Shown here piece by piece: positions 1 to 9,577 of a stretch of 64,000 nucleotides of DNA. The notes under the pieces were generated by a model. That model was given only the letters and a program-made list of their open reading frames with translations, was not told the DNA's origin and did no database searches. Position 1 is the first letter of the stretch. Each line of letters begins with the position of its first letter. Source of the DNA: Klebsiella phage N1M2; the sequence record MN642089.1; one strand, given 5' to 3'. A program made the position numbers and the translations under genes.

Positions 1-50
1 CCAACACTCCTAGGGCTCAGGCTCTAGGAGTGTTTATGTGAGGTAAGCTT

Positions 51-425
51 ATGTCGGAATTAATCAAACTAGAACAAATGGCCAAAGTAGTTCGTGGAGT
101 TTTATTATCATACAACTCTCGTGAATTGACGGGAATCAAGTATGGTGATCAAATTGCTGAAGCCAAGTTTGGTGTGTACGTTATGCGTTGTTACTTCTCA
201 GGTAAGAATGACAATAAGTACGCTACCGCCGTTCTTTACAAAGAAGATCCAGCTGGCGAATATCCTCCGGAAGAGATATTCCGTTTCTTCCCGACTGGTA
301 TTCAAAGTGAAATCGAATTTGCCATGCCTTTCTATTCCCGGATTATCCGTGGTAATGAAAAGGGTATTGTTTTACGTATGTTACAAGTAGCAGGAATTGA
401 AGATGCGATTAACGATGATCTCTAA
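51..425 (+). CDS. hypothetical protein
   Basis: 124-aa ORF starting ATG at 51; stop overlaps the next start (ATGA-type coupling). Confidence 0.5.
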   Translation: MSELIKLEQMAKVVRGVLLSYNSRELTGIKYGDQIAEAKFGVYVMRCYFSGKNDNKYATAVLYKEDPAGEYPPEEIFRFFPTGIQSEIEFAMPFYSRIIRGNEKGIVLRMLQVAGIEDAINDDL

Positions 426-819
426 AGCTCGACTGAAAGATATTTGTGAACATGTCTGCCGTCGTAAACGTTGTATTGGTAAGAACGTTCAAATCGGTAT
501 TCCTCATGGTGATGCAGTTGCCATCGCTTTAAAGGAAATTACCCACGACCTGTTCCAGGTTAATATGCGAGTGGACAATGGTGATAAGCCAGGCTTTGTC
601 GACTGCAAATGGGAAGGTATGGGTAATGATCGCCATATCTGCGTTAAAGCTGTCTTTATAGATTCTCGTGAGCCTAACAAAGTCCTGTTATCCACTTGGG
701 TGGATGAAGATGGAGCTGCTCATATTGAAGTCTATGAAGGGCGTTATACAGCCATTCTCAAAGTAGTAGTTCCTTCTGAACTAGAAGAATGGATTTCTAA
801 TTTCTTACGTGTTATCTAA
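415..819 (+). CDS. hypothetical protein (Cys-rich N-terminus)
   Basis: ATG at 415 overlapping the upstream stop; the 397 start in the track is an upstream extension. Confidence 0.5.
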   Translation: MISKARLKDICEHVCRRKRCIGKNVQIGIPHGDAVAIALKEITHDLFQVNMRVDNGDKPGFVDCKWEGMGNDRHICVKAVFIDSREPNKVLLSTWVDEDGAAHIEVYEGRYTAILKVVVPSELEEWISNFLRVI

Positions 820-832
820 TTTATTTTCTACT

Positions 833-892
833 ATCTCTCTTATATATTGTCAGGGGGTAGGGGGTCTATCCGGAAGGATAATTTATATAAAT
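833..892. repeat. conserved intergenic element TTATATATTG-GGGGGTAGGGGGT-n5-CCGGAAGGA-n-TTATATAAA (copy 1)
   Basis: near-identical ~55-bp element also at 45571-45627, both directly upstream of a gene. Confidence 0.6.
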
Positions 893-928
893 TAGAGATT
901 ACGTAGTAATCATCATGCAGGATTAGTT

Positions 929-1561
929 ATGAATACCTTTTACATTGTAACGTTTATTATCATTATCCTTCTTGGTTGTCTTTATCTTTATGGGGCAAGA
1001 CAAGATAAATTAAAAGCAATTGAAAAACTGAATAAAGTTAAAGAAAGATTGGATTATAACTTTGTACAGTTAATGAAGTATCAACGAGATACTAATAAGT
1101 TTAAAACCTATATTGATATTGTTGAGGAATGTATATCAATAATACAGTTAAGTGATTGCACCATTGGGGTTGAATTAGATATACTTGATCGTTCTGGTTT
1201 CGTAGAGATCATGATGAAGTATAAAGACATCAAAGCTTGTTACTATTTCATCCCACCTTACTCAGGAGAACTCAAAGATGAGATCACTGAACATCGTAAA
1301 AGTCTGTGGCGTAATGAAGTTGATTTGATTCTTCGTTATGCTCAGGAAGATCTAGTCCAGACAGTTAGTCAGGCACAGATTACTAAAGGCACCCATCTGT
1401 GTCGGGATGATTTGAGAGATATCCTGAAGACTCTTACTGAGAAACAACGTCATGTTTTATTTGTAGATTTCAAAATCTCTTATGACTGCGTGATGATTCG
1501 GACTCATCTTAAATCTGATTATTCTAAAACTGTGGAGCAAGTTATCCCAGTTCGTAACTAG
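929..1561 (+). CDS. hypothetical membrane-anchored protein
   Basis: 210 aa; N-terminal hydrophobic helix FYIVTFIIIILLGCLYLY. Confidence 0.5.
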   Translation: MNTFYIVTFIIIILLGCLYLYGARQDKLKAIEKLNKVKERLDYNFVQLMKYQRDTNKFKTYIDIVEECISIIQLSDCTIGVELDILDRSGFVEIMMKYKDIKACYYFIPPYSGELKDEITEHRKSLWRNEVDLILRYAQEDLVQTVSQAQITKGTHLCRDDLRDILKTLTEKQRHVLFVDFKISYDCVMIRTHLKSDYSKTVEQVIPVRN

Positions 1562-1569
1562 GAGTTACT

Positions 1570-1821
1570 ATGAGCTTTATGGACATATTACCTTATTGCA
1601 TCATCATCTTACTTGCCGTACTAGTAAGCATTTGGTACAGGCTTCGTAAGCTAAAGCAAGGTGTTGAAACTAGCTATAAGTATACACAGCTAGGTCATTG
1701 CCGTGCTATGATGGTAATGCTTTTGAATCGTTATCTGCACGATGATGGTGAGATAACCAATGAGCACTTAGAGAGCTGTGTCTCAACGGTTAAACACTAC
1801 TTCCCCCGATGTGGATATTAA
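1570..1821 (+). CDS. small membrane protein
   Basis: 83 aa; N-terminal transmembrane segment ILPYCIIILLAVLVSIWY. Confidence 0.45.
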   Translation: MSFMDILPYCIIILLAVLVSIWYRLRKLKQGVETSYKYTQLGHCRAMMVMLLNRYLHDDGEITNEHLESCVSTVKHYFPRCGY

Positions 1822-2028
1822 ATACGAAAGTATCGCAGGGTCATTCCAATACAAAATTAGTATTGGGAAATACTTCGTTACTATCGATGGGTACACGTAC
1901 CCACCTGAAGCCAATAAACCTTACTTTATTAAATGAGTAAGGATTCTCTGAATTCATTATGATCACTTTTGTGATCTAGTACCTGGACAATACTGTCCTC
2001 CATTACCTTAACTTAGGAAATCTTTAAA

Positions 2029-2724
2029 ATGATCTTTTCAGTAATGAATATCCGTGCCGTAGTTGTTCGTGTACTTCTGACTTTCATTGGTATGAACGCA
2101 GCAGTCATCAACTCTCGGTATAGTGCCATCCTGGCGAGTACTGAGAAACAACTCATTACTATCTGGGACCGCATGGGTGTCATCATGCTCCTGACCAAGG
2201 ATGAAAAGGGTCACTGGCATTTGAGCGTTTCCACAGGTACTGGTAACTCACCTTTCTTTGAGATTAAAGTAGGTAGTACCAACAATGTGTTTAACCGCCG
2301 TACTCTGAATGCACTGGAAGTTTGGTACCATTCAAACTTGCGTACTTACAAAGTGACATTTGATAATGCTGCCACCAATGCAGTAAAACAACTCGATATC
2401 CGTGGTTATATTACCGACATCGGTTTCATGGATCGTTTGTTTAACCGTAGTAAAGAAGTTGATATCAAGCTTCCAACTCCGCTGAATGAAATGATCAGTA
2501 TCCACCTGGATATCAAACGTTCTATCTTTAACAAGCTGATGGTATCGGTAAGTGTTAGTTCCCCAGCTATCACTAGCGACGGTAAATGTGGTAGTGCGCT
2601 AGAGACTCTGTTCCCTATCCACTTCGGCAACCTCCGTCAGTTCAATGCGAATATTGAACAGGAGCCGGTTAATGCTTATGTCCAACAAGCGATTATGGAT
2701 CACATCGAACATAATCTGAAATAA
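2029..2724 (+). CDS. hypothetical protein
   Basis: 231-aa ORF; RBS-like TAGGAAAT upstream; ends just before the terminator hairpin. Confidence 0.55.
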   Translation: MIFSVMNIRAVVVRVLLTFIGMNAAVINSRYSAILASTEKQLITIWDRMGVIMLLTKDEKGHWHLSVSTGTGNSPFFEIKVGSTNNVFNRRTLNALEVWYHSNLRTYKVTFDNAATNAVKQLDIRGYITDIGFMDRLFNRSKEVDIKLPTPLNEMISIHLDIKRSIFNKLMVSVSVSSPAITSDGKCGSALETLFPIHFGNLRQFNANIEQEPVNAYVQQAIMDHIEHNLK

Positions 2725-2730
2725 TCTCTT

Positions 2731-2764
2731 CGGGGTGGTGGGTAAAACCGTCACCCCGTTTTGA
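2731..2764 (+). terminator. rho-independent terminator
   Basis: CGGGGTG...CACCCCG hairpin then TTTTG. Confidence 0.6.
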
Positions 2765-2802
2765 TACCACTTATTTTTATTTTTGTTAATGGAGTATCAA
2801 TC

Positions 2803-3195
2803 ATGATTGATTATGATATAAAAATTTTAGGTGGTGTAATACTGGCGATTGTTATTCTCTTGTTAATTGCTGCTATCTGGCTGGGATCTATTCTGCTTAA
2901 AGAAGCGGAGGAAATCAAAGCTGCATCAAAGAACGTTCAATCAGCTTTTAATGTGGTTAACGTTGAAGTAACAAGGAAACTCAAAAACAATCGAGCTATT
3001 CACTTTGCAGATCTTCTTTTGATCGTTGAGAAGGTAAGTAAGGTGATACCAGGGATAAAGGTTGAACTGGAGAAAAACTTCGAACTCAAACAAGTCAGTA
3101 TCGTGATTGAGAAAGATGGAATCAAAGCAACCTACACCTTACTGGCTACCATTGTTGAAATACCTTATCGTTCAGCACTGGCTAAAAACATTTAA
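2803..3195 (+). CDS. membrane protein
   Basis: ATG at 2803 with GGAG RBS (track start 2761 is a TTG inside the terminator); TM helix ILGGVILAIVILLLIAAIWLGSILL. Confidence 0.5.
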   Translation: MIDYDIKILGGVILAIVILLLIAAIWLGSILLKEAEEIKAASKNVQSAFNVVNVEVTRKLKNNRAIHFADLLLIVEKVSKVIPGIKVELEKNFELKQVSIVIEKDGIKATYTLLATIVEIPYRSALAKNI

Positions 3196-3534
3196 AAATG
3201 AATCATGCAATGGAGATCTTTTATTTGAAAAAGTATTAGATTTCCATTGTATGTAGTCTTGCATTCTCATCTTACCTGTTTCTCCCCTTGGGGTAGGAAT
3301 GGGGATACAAGATTTTCTCTTCTTTTATCTTACTTTAAGGGGTTTGGGGTCAGATTTCATTCTCTTCTTCTTCTCTTACCTTTTAAGGTAATTATACTTA
3401 TTATATATTAAGTATATATAGAGTAAGTATGAGAACGAAGAGAAAACCCTTTTGAGAAAATTAAATTAATTATCCTAGTTATCCGTAAAGGGTAACTGGG
3501 GTGATAAACCTATGTTTAATTCAGGAGTATAGAA

Positions 3535-3798
3535 ATGAAGACTAAGAAAAAGAATAAAGGTATCTCACTTAAAGAACGTTCTGTAGATGTTCGTCTTGAG
3601 ATTCCCGATTTACAGAATCTGATAGAAAAACGTTTCAATGACAACTTACCAGTAACAGAAGTTAAAACGTGGATGCCTCCTTCTCAGGAAAGCGTTAATG
3701 AAGTTAACAAAATCTTGAAAGATGTTATCGAAGGTAAATCAGAAGGCAACCCTTTCGATCTCTATTCCGTCACACAACGCACCAAACCTCTAAAGTAA
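3535..3798 (+). CDS. hypothetical protein (basic N-terminus)
   Basis: 87 aa; AGGAG RBS upstream. Confidence 0.5.
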   Translation: MKTKKKNKGISLKERSVDVRLEIPDLQNLIEKRFNDNLPVTEVKTWMPPSQESVNEVNKILKDVIEGKSEGNPFDLYSVTQRTKPLK

Positions 3799-3802
3799 GG
3801 AA

Positions 3803-4168
3803 ATGAAAATGAACAAAGTTATCGTTAAAAACTTCTATGATTCAATTAAAGCAGTTGCAGCAGAATTAATGGAAGAAAACGCCGTAGCTAAGTTAACTGA
3901 ACTTTTGCAACAACTTGAAAATGCCAATTATCACGGCGGTCATTTCGAGGTCAATGAAATAGTCTACAGCATCCGACCACGTGGGAATACAGATTACTGT
4001 GTCTGTATCTCTAATTTTAAAGATGGTGTTGAGACGGTATACGGGACAATCGATTTTGAAGATGGTTGCTTTGTTTACCGTAATCGAACCACCAGTGCTG
4101 AAACCATTTACAAAGATCTCATCAATAATCAAATCGAGATCTTGAAAATCTTTATCAATACACTTTAA
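3803..4168 (+). CDS. hypothetical protein
   Basis: 121-aa ORF tightly packed after the previous gene. Confidence 0.5.
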   Translation: MKMNKVIVKNFYDSIKAVAAELMEENAVAKLTELLQQLENANYHGGHFEVNEIVYSIRPRGNTDYCVCISNFKDGVETVYGTIDFEDGCFVYRNRTTSAETIYKDLINNQIEILKIFINTL

Positions 4169-4177
4169 GGTAACATA

Positions 4178-4432
4178 ATGACTGATAAAATTTTAATAGA
4201 TCGTGATCTACTACAGCGTTTAGTAGATGCAGCATATGACTTCCACCCAGCTAATAAAGCTGCTGATGAAGGTCAGGAAATTTTGGACAGGCTGGAAGCT
4301 AAACCAGAGTTAACCTTTAACGATCAATTCCTTCGCGACGTTATTGAAGGAGAGCGTAGTCGTAACATCCACGTTATTCAAAAGTGGTGTGAAGATAATG
4401 GTTATGAACTCGTAGCTAAAAAGGATCTGTAA
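4178..4432 (+). CDS. hypothetical protein
   Basis: 84 aa; stop overlaps the next start. Confidence 0.5.
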   Translation: MTDKILIDRDLLQRLVDAAYDFHPANKAADEGQEILDRLEAKPELTFNDQFLRDVIEGERSRNIHVIQKWCEDNGYELVAKKDL

Positions 4433-4812
4433 TGGATATCGTGATCATAGCACTAGATGTCTTTATTGGGTTTGCTCTTGGTTACTTAACCAGAGAGCTT
4501 TTGACTAAACGCAAACAACGTAAAGAGAAAGCTAAAGAAGCGACAGCATTGATCAAGGAAATGGAACTTCCTCCTAAGGCTGTACTGAATGCAATAGCGA
4601 TTCATCTTACTTCAGTATTCTCAATCAAATATCTCACCAGTGTGGATGAGTGTGAAGAGTTTATTGAATCTGAACTCAATCGTTATCTTGGTCTAGCTAA
4701 AGAACTGACATGGCGATATCGTTGGACAGCTCCAGATGCAATGGAGCTGAGAATTAGCTATAAAGGCCAGACCATGAAACTGGGTCTTGCAATAACCGTA
4801 ACTAAAAGGTAA
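4432..4812 (+). CDS. hypothetical membrane protein
   Basis: 126 aa; N-terminal TM IVIIALDVFIGFALGYL. Confidence 0.5.
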   Translation: MDIVIIALDVFIGFALGYLTRELLTKRKQRKEKAKEATALIKEMELPPKAVLNAIAIHLTSVFSIKYLTSVDECEEFIESELNRYLGLAKELTWRYRWTAPDAMELRISYKGQTMKLGLAITVTKR

Positions 4813-4818
4813 ATGTAA

Positions 4819-5175
4819 ATGGCGCATTACTTAGAAATCGATTTAGTCCCTAAAGAACTGGTGGGTGAGAAGAAAAGCATCGGGTATTGTGATATCGAAT
4901 CTAAAGATATCCGTGGAGTATTTTCAGAACCTCGCACTACCGATCATAACGATGTTCTTCGTGGGATCTTCAAAGCCGATTGGGATGATTGTGATTATTA
5001 TGTACTCACACCAGAATTGGTAGATGAGATCATTGCTAAATTCAGCAAAATGGATCTTGAAGATTTATTCATTGAACCTGATCAACACAACCGCATTATG
5101 AAAGCCATGCGTGCAGTTCAGGACAATATGGATCCTAACTCGGAAGTTTGTTACGTTATTAGTTGGAGTAAATAG
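4819..5175 (+). CDS. hypothetical protein
   Basis: 118 aa. Confidence 0.5.
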   Translation: MAHYLEIDLVPKELVGEKKSIGYCDIESKDIRGVFSEPRTTDHNDVLRGIFKADWDDCDYYVLTPELVDEIIAKFSKMDLEDLFIEPDQHNRIMKAMRAVQDNMDPNSEVCYVISWSK

Positions 5176-5531
5176 TGAGAACTTTAGAATCATTCCGTAA
5201 TGAGTTATGTGAACTTACTGCACATGCTCTTGATAACCTGGTTATTCAAAATAAGCCAGAATTCCAAACCGTGCAAAAACATAATGGCGGTGGTCCTGAA
5301 AACCATGCACCAACTGAAGTAACTTTTACTCGTGAAGGCCCTTTGGAAATCATCACCATTCCTTTCTACGGTAAGGAAGTGAAGCTGCGCTTTAAGTTTG
5401 GATATCCTCGTGATACCATTCCACAAGGTGTGCTGGATCGCTTCAAAGACAATCGTGACAATAACGTGAAGAATATTGCTATAATGTTTAACCACGTTAT
5501 CCATGAAGTGTTTGAAACACAACCTAAGTGA
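5175..5531 (+). CDS. hypothetical protein
   Basis: 118 aa; start overlaps the upstream stop. Confidence 0.5.
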   Translation: MRTLESFRNELCELTAHALDNLVIQNKPEFQTVQKHNGGGPENHAPTEVTFTREGPLEIITIPFYGKEVKLRFKFGYPRDTIPQGVLDRFKDNRDNNVKNIAIMFNHVIHEVFETQPK

Positions 5532-5535
5532 TACC

Positions 5536-5991
5536 ATGAAAGAAAACGATGATGGTCTCATTGAACTGGATTCACGCAACCTTGATGAGTTTCTCTATAA
5601 ACTCGGATCGGATGTTGGTCGAAGTGTTTGGTGGAAACTATGGATTAAAACCAAGTGGAAACTTGAAGCCATCAGGGAAAAGTTAGAAGGTTCCAATGAG
5701 GAGATTAATTTCTTACATTATGACCTTCGCCACTTAGGATACGCCAAACGTAAAAACCAACCACTCAGACTACGTTACTTTAATAAGCATGGTGAACTTA
5801 AAAGCGCCCGCTTTATTGTGACCTGGTCTTATGGTTCCTATCTTATCAAGGAAAGTAAATTCCCTTTAGTCAAACCAGGTAAACCTCTTAAAGGTCCAAT
5901 GACTATTAAGAAGGGAAGATGTTATAAGAGGAAGATATCCTTTACTGGATTCGTTCGCTCTTGGGAAGTATCATTCAACTCAACTCTATAA
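5536..5991 (+). CDS. hypothetical protein
   Basis: first ATG after the upstream stop (track 5503 start overlaps the previous gene). Confidence 0.45.
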   Translation: MKENDDGLIELDSRNLDEFLYKLGSDVGRSVWWKLWIKTKWKLEAIREKLEGSNEEINFLHYDLRHLGYAKRKNQPLRLRYFNKHGELKSARFIVTWSYGSYLIKESKFPLVKPGKPLKGPMTIKKGRCYKRKISFTGFVRSWEVSFNSTL

Positions 5992-6004
5992 GGAAACGTA
6001 ATAA

Positions 6005-6340
6005 GTGGAAACTAAAGCTGGAAACCGTTCTGTATCTAAAGCTGCACTGAAAGCCACAATCCGTGATGGGATGTTGGAAGCATTTAAATCTAACCAACCT
6101 GTAGTGGAAGAGTTAGAAGTAGAAACCATCCTAGGGAAAATGCGTTTTAAAACCCGCCCAACTTCCCCGGACCATGTGACTATCATTTATCTGAACGGAC
6201 ACCGCCTTTATAAAGTTATGGTCGATTGCCGTCAGTCTCGTGATCGCATTGAGTTCGCACAGTACATCGAAGAGAAACTCTCTCGTGAATCATTCGATCG
6301 TCAGTGTGACAAAGTCCTGAGCTACCCTATTACTAAATAA
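6005..6340 (+). CDS. hypothetical protein
   Basis: 111 aa; followed by a terminator. Confidence 0.5.
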   Translation: METKAGNRSVSKAALKATIRDGMLEAFKSNQPVVEELEVETILGKMRFKTRPTSPDHVTIIYLNGHRLYKVMVDCRQSRDRIEFAQYIEEKLSRESFDRQCDKVLSYPITK

Positions 6341-6345
6341 CCTTT

Positions 6346-6380
6346 AACTATCACCTCCAAAAGGGGTGATAGTTTTTAGT
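6346..6380 (+). terminator. rho-independent terminator
   Basis: ACTATCACC-tccaaaag-GGTGATAGT hairpin then TTTTT. Confidence 0.65.
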
Positions 6381-6393
6381 TCTTATTTGTTTT

Positions 6394-6425
6394 GAAATAG
6401 ATATTATTAGATTGAATAACCCAAC
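6394..6425 (+). promoter_or_regulatory. conserved AT-rich promoter-like motif (ATATTATTAG..TGAATAAC)
   Basis: member of an 8-copy motif family; about 25 bp upstream of the 6447 gene. Confidence 0.4.
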
Positions 6426-6446
6426 ATTATTTTAAAGGAGTTTAGA

Positions 6447-7058
6447 ATGACCTTGATCAATAAAGCATTTGCTCAACAAGCCAAAGAAGAAATCATTAAA
6501 CACCTCCGTACTCAGCTGGAAGGTAAGGCAAATAGCAATACCTTTAACCTGAAAGATTCGGGTATTACAGTCACTATCCGAACCACCGCTAACCCTCACA
6601 CCAAGTTGACCAAGTTCGAAGTTTATGTCTTTGATCGAATGGTGGGAAGCGGGGAAGTTAAGTTTGACAAAAAGATCCAGTTAGAAAAGTCTTTTGTTGA
6701 AACTTTACCTGATTTCATCATGACTCATTTGCTTGGGTACATTATCGATGATTCTGGAACTGCCGAAGCTATTGACAATATGCTTCGTGGAATTACTTCT
6801 GGTACTGAAGTGGAACATCCATTTGGAATGAGTATTAAGTTCCATAGCGATGATGATCACCAGGTATTAATGATCACTAAAGGTAAAGATGTCCTCTATG
6901 CCTTAGAAGAGGCAGTTAATCTCAATGAGGGTATCGGGACCGATCTGTTTACTCCAGTCGAGCAACTTAAATATCGGATTAACAAAGTTCTCGCCCATTA
7001 CACCATTCGTGAAGACTTTGGTGTCGAGTATGACTTTGGTACTGGTGCACAATTTTAA
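6447..7058 (+). CDS. hypothetical protein
   Basis: 203 aa; AAGGAG RBS. Confidence 0.55.
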   Translation: MTLINKAFAQQAKEEIIKHLRTQLEGKANSNTFNLKDSGITVTIRTTANPHTKLTKFEVYVFDRMVGSGEVKFDKKIQLEKSFVETLPDFIMTHLLGYIIDDSGTAEAIDNMLRGITSGTEVEHPFGMSIKFHSDDDHQVLMITKGKDVLYALEEAVNLNEGIGTDLFTPVEQLKYRINKVLAHYTIREDFGVEYDFGTGAQF

Positions 7059-7073
7059 TTTAAGGAAATAAAA

Positions 7074-7706
7074 ATGATCGTTAGTAAAGAGTGCCTGCGT
7101 AAGCTGGCAGAGTTAACTATCTCCCGTTTAGTTATTGATGGAACTCAAATCGCTTGGTCTGGTGGTTATCAGATCAATTTACTTTCTGGTAACATTGACA
7201 TTCTCATTGATGTGAAGTTATCAGAAATTGATGATTATGGTGTCCGATTGGCACTTCATCATCAAGGAACTACATTGGGTATGGTAATCATTAAAGATTG
7301 CCGGATGTTCACCCGTGACGCACTCAAAGAAGAATTGGGTAAATGGGTGGAACAAACAAAGACTTACCTTATTAATAACTACGCTAAATGGTTAGTAGGT
7401 AAGTACATCAAAAATGATTTACAGGTCAAGCATTGGACTTGTGCCGCATCAACCAATGACAAAATTGGCTCCATGGTAATTTGTGACGTTCGCTTTAAAG
7501 CAAAAGTCCAAACCAATACGGCATGGTTACAAGTCGAAGATAAAGACGTTGTAATCTACAAAGTGGAGCGATCCAATTTCCTGAACATGACAACCAAACA
7601 AGGTTGGCAGGGAATGAACATCAATACTGTTACTGCTGAATTAGGCCGTGTTATTTCTACACTGCTTTTCCAGCGTGATAATTTTGTTATACCGGTAACG
7701 TTGTAA
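7074..7706 (+). CDS. hypothetical protein
   Basis: 210 aa; AAGGAAA RBS. Confidence 0.55.
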   Translation: MIVSKECLRKLAELTISRLVIDGTQIAWSGGYQINLLSGNIDILIDVKLSEIDDYGVRLALHHQGTTLGMVIIKDCRMFTRDALKEELGKWVEQTKTYLINNYAKWLVGKYIKNDLQVKHWTCAASTNDKIGSMVICDVRFKAKVQTNTAWLQVEDKDVVIYKVERSNFLNMTTKQGWQGMNINTVTAELGRVISTLLFQRDNFVIPVTL

Positions 7707-8026
7707 TGGCACTACCCAAGAAACATTTACCACGAGTAACTAAATTCGTGGAGATCGTTTTGGGGATGGTGGTAAGAGAAGAATTATCCAGGAACTTCTA
7801 TAAACGAGGTGTTCTGGATAGTAACTATGTACTGACGTTGGAAAACAACATTCTTCTCCCTCCATATAACGATGACCGCATTGAGTTCATTGCTGAAGTG
7901 AATGACAAGAAAGCTGGACCATTCACTATTACCGGTAAGGACTTAGCCGAACATCACCTTGATCCTAAACTTGTTAAAGAAGTGGTTCAGGGAATTATGA
8001 AAATCCGCATTAAGGAAATAAAATGA
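7706..8026 (+). CDS. hypothetical protein
   Basis: 106 aa; overlapping start and stop. Confidence 0.5.
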   Translation: MALPKKHLPRVTKFVEIVLGMVVREELSRNFYKRGVLDSNYVLTLENNILLPPYNDDRIEFIAEVNDKKAGPFTITGKDLAEHHLDPKLVKEVVQGIMKIRIKEIK

Positions 8027-8727
8027 AGTTTACTGTTAAAGAGCTAATGGCTGCTGAACCACAAATGGTGGAAGTCATCAAAGTCTTAGTTCGCAAGATG
8101 ATGATCTTAAATGATCTGCAACAGGAATCCATGGAAACAGTAATCGAGTTCCCAATCATTCCAGACGCACCGGAGCATCCTAAGCTTGTCTTCAAGATCA
8201 AGAAAAATTCATTGCGAACTCTCGGTATTGATGTCAAGGAGCAGATCACTGCTACAGTAAATATCCTTGCTCGCTTACCATGTGTTTTCAAAATGGAAAA
8301 GGAAGACATTGAACGCGGGTATTGTAAAGAAGAAGATATCGAAAGGATCTCCAAAGCCTATCTTCGTGAAATTGCCATGGGAATGTCAACCCATTGGTTA
8401 AATGACTCCGGTTATTTAGAACAGGCAATGAAATACTTGGATAATGACGAGATCCAAGAACTTCGTGATCAGTTTGATGGAATGATCGATGTTCATTATA
8501 ATGACACCGGAGCATCCATTGCTTTACTAAGCAGTCGTGGTGAACCTATTGCCACTGAAGCTAAATTTGCCAAGGTGGATATTGATGGATTCAATTTCTG
8601 TACCAAAGATAGATTCAAAGAGTTCGTCAAGCAAAAGCTTCCGAACTATATTCGTTATGGCTGGGCATTTAGCGGTCATTACGAAATCTGGAAATCTCCA
8701 ATCACTAAACCTGTAGAGGAAATCTGA
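8023..8727 (+). CDS. hypothetical protein
   Basis: 234 aa; overlaps the upstream stop by 4 nt. Confidence 0.55.
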   Translation: MKFTVKELMAAEPQMVEVIKVLVRKMMILNDLQQESMETVIEFPIIPDAPEHPKLVFKIKKNSLRTLGIDVKEQITATVNILARLPCVFKMEKEDIERGYCKEEDIERISKAYLREIAMGMSTHWLNDSGYLEQAMKYLDNDEIQELRDQFDGMIDVHYNDTGASIALLSSRGEPIATEAKFAKVDIDGFNFCTKDRFKEFVKQKLPNYIRYGWAFSGHYEIWKSPITKPVEEI

Positions 8728-8728
8728 A

Positions 8729-9190
8729 ATGCTGACTCTGAAAAATAAATTAGCTATCCTGTTTGATAACGAACAAGATCGTGAAGAACTGGAAACCCTG
8801 GTTCATACTGCTCGTACCACCATCATCCGCCGTACACTTCGTGATATCATCAATAATTCTTCTGCAATGGGTATTGGTGATCTGGAAGAAGGTTCCGCAC
8901 TGATCACTGAAGAAGAACTGGCTTCCGGCGTACCCGTAACGTTTGATCTGCTTCAGGTAGATACTCCAATCATCGTTCGTGCAACTATTCAGCGTTATGG
9001 TGATGTGGGTAGTAACTACGTCACACTTCAAATCGATGTTAAATTGAGTGAGCGCAAGCCAAGCTACCTGATGCAACATAACGTCACTACTCTGTTTGTA
9101 GAGTCGGTATCAGTACCTCGTCTGTGGAAACGTATCGATCGCATTCTGAAAGATGTTCCATCCCTGGCCGCACCACTGTTGGCTAACTAA
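8729..9190 (+). CDS. hypothetical protein
   Basis: 153 aa; host-preferred codons by eye (CTG, CGT, GGT). Confidence 0.55.
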   Translation: MLTLKNKLAILFDNEQDREELETLVHTARTTIIRRTLRDIINNSSAMGIGDLEEGSALITEEELASGVPVTFDLLQVDTPIIVRATIQRYGDVGSNYVTLQIDVKLSERKPSYLMQHNVTTLFVESVSVPRLWKRIDRILKDVPSLAAPLLAN

Positions 9191-9195
9191 ATAAC

Positions 9196-9224
9196 TGGGG
9201 AGGTCAACCCTCCCTAATTTTAAT
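9196..9224 (+). terminator. rho-independent terminator
   Basis: GGGGAGG-tcaa-CCCTCCC hairpin then TAATTTT. Confidence 0.6.
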
Positions 9225-9241
9225 AGATCAAGGAAATAGAA

Positions 9242-9568
9242 ATGAAAATCGCATCTGAGAAAATCGCCCGCACCGTAGCTAAACACGCAAATGCCTTTGC
9301 TAAATTCGATTCCAAGTTGGGATCCACTGTCTCCATCATGCTGGCAGATGGCGAAACTAACCGCACCCTGCAATCTAAACTCTACGGCTACAACTCTAAT
9401 CGTACCGGCATCATTATCGAAGTCCGTATCGATGGGTTACTGTTGGATCGCGTTACTCTGACTCGCCCTCAACCGCAGGGTGATTTCCAACATAAGTTTA
9501 AAGTTGATTACACCAAGCTGTACCACATTGCCGCCAAAGAAGGCAACAAAGCTCCCGTAGACGAATAA
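9242..9568 (+). CDS. hypothetical protein
   Basis: 108 aa; AAGGAAATAGAA RBS; host-like codon bias. Confidence 0.55.
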   Translation: MKIASEKIARTVAKHANAFAKFDSKLGSTVSIMLADGETNRTLQSKLYGYNSNRTGIIIEVRIDGLLLDRVTLTRPQPQGDFQHKFKVDYTKLYHIAAKEGNKAPVDE

Positions 9569-9577
9569 GGTGGAATT

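Noticed and set aside
845-870. G-quadruplex interpretation of the GGGGGTAGGGGG cores
   Set aside because: Only two (at most three) G-runs per element, so an intramolecular G4 is not supported; treated as a conserved sequence element
1822-3534. Possible tRNA or other RNA genes in the two long non-coding regions
   Set aside because: No segment folds into an acceptor-D-anticodon-T cloverleaf of 70-90 nt; hairpins are short and isolated, so no tRNA is called
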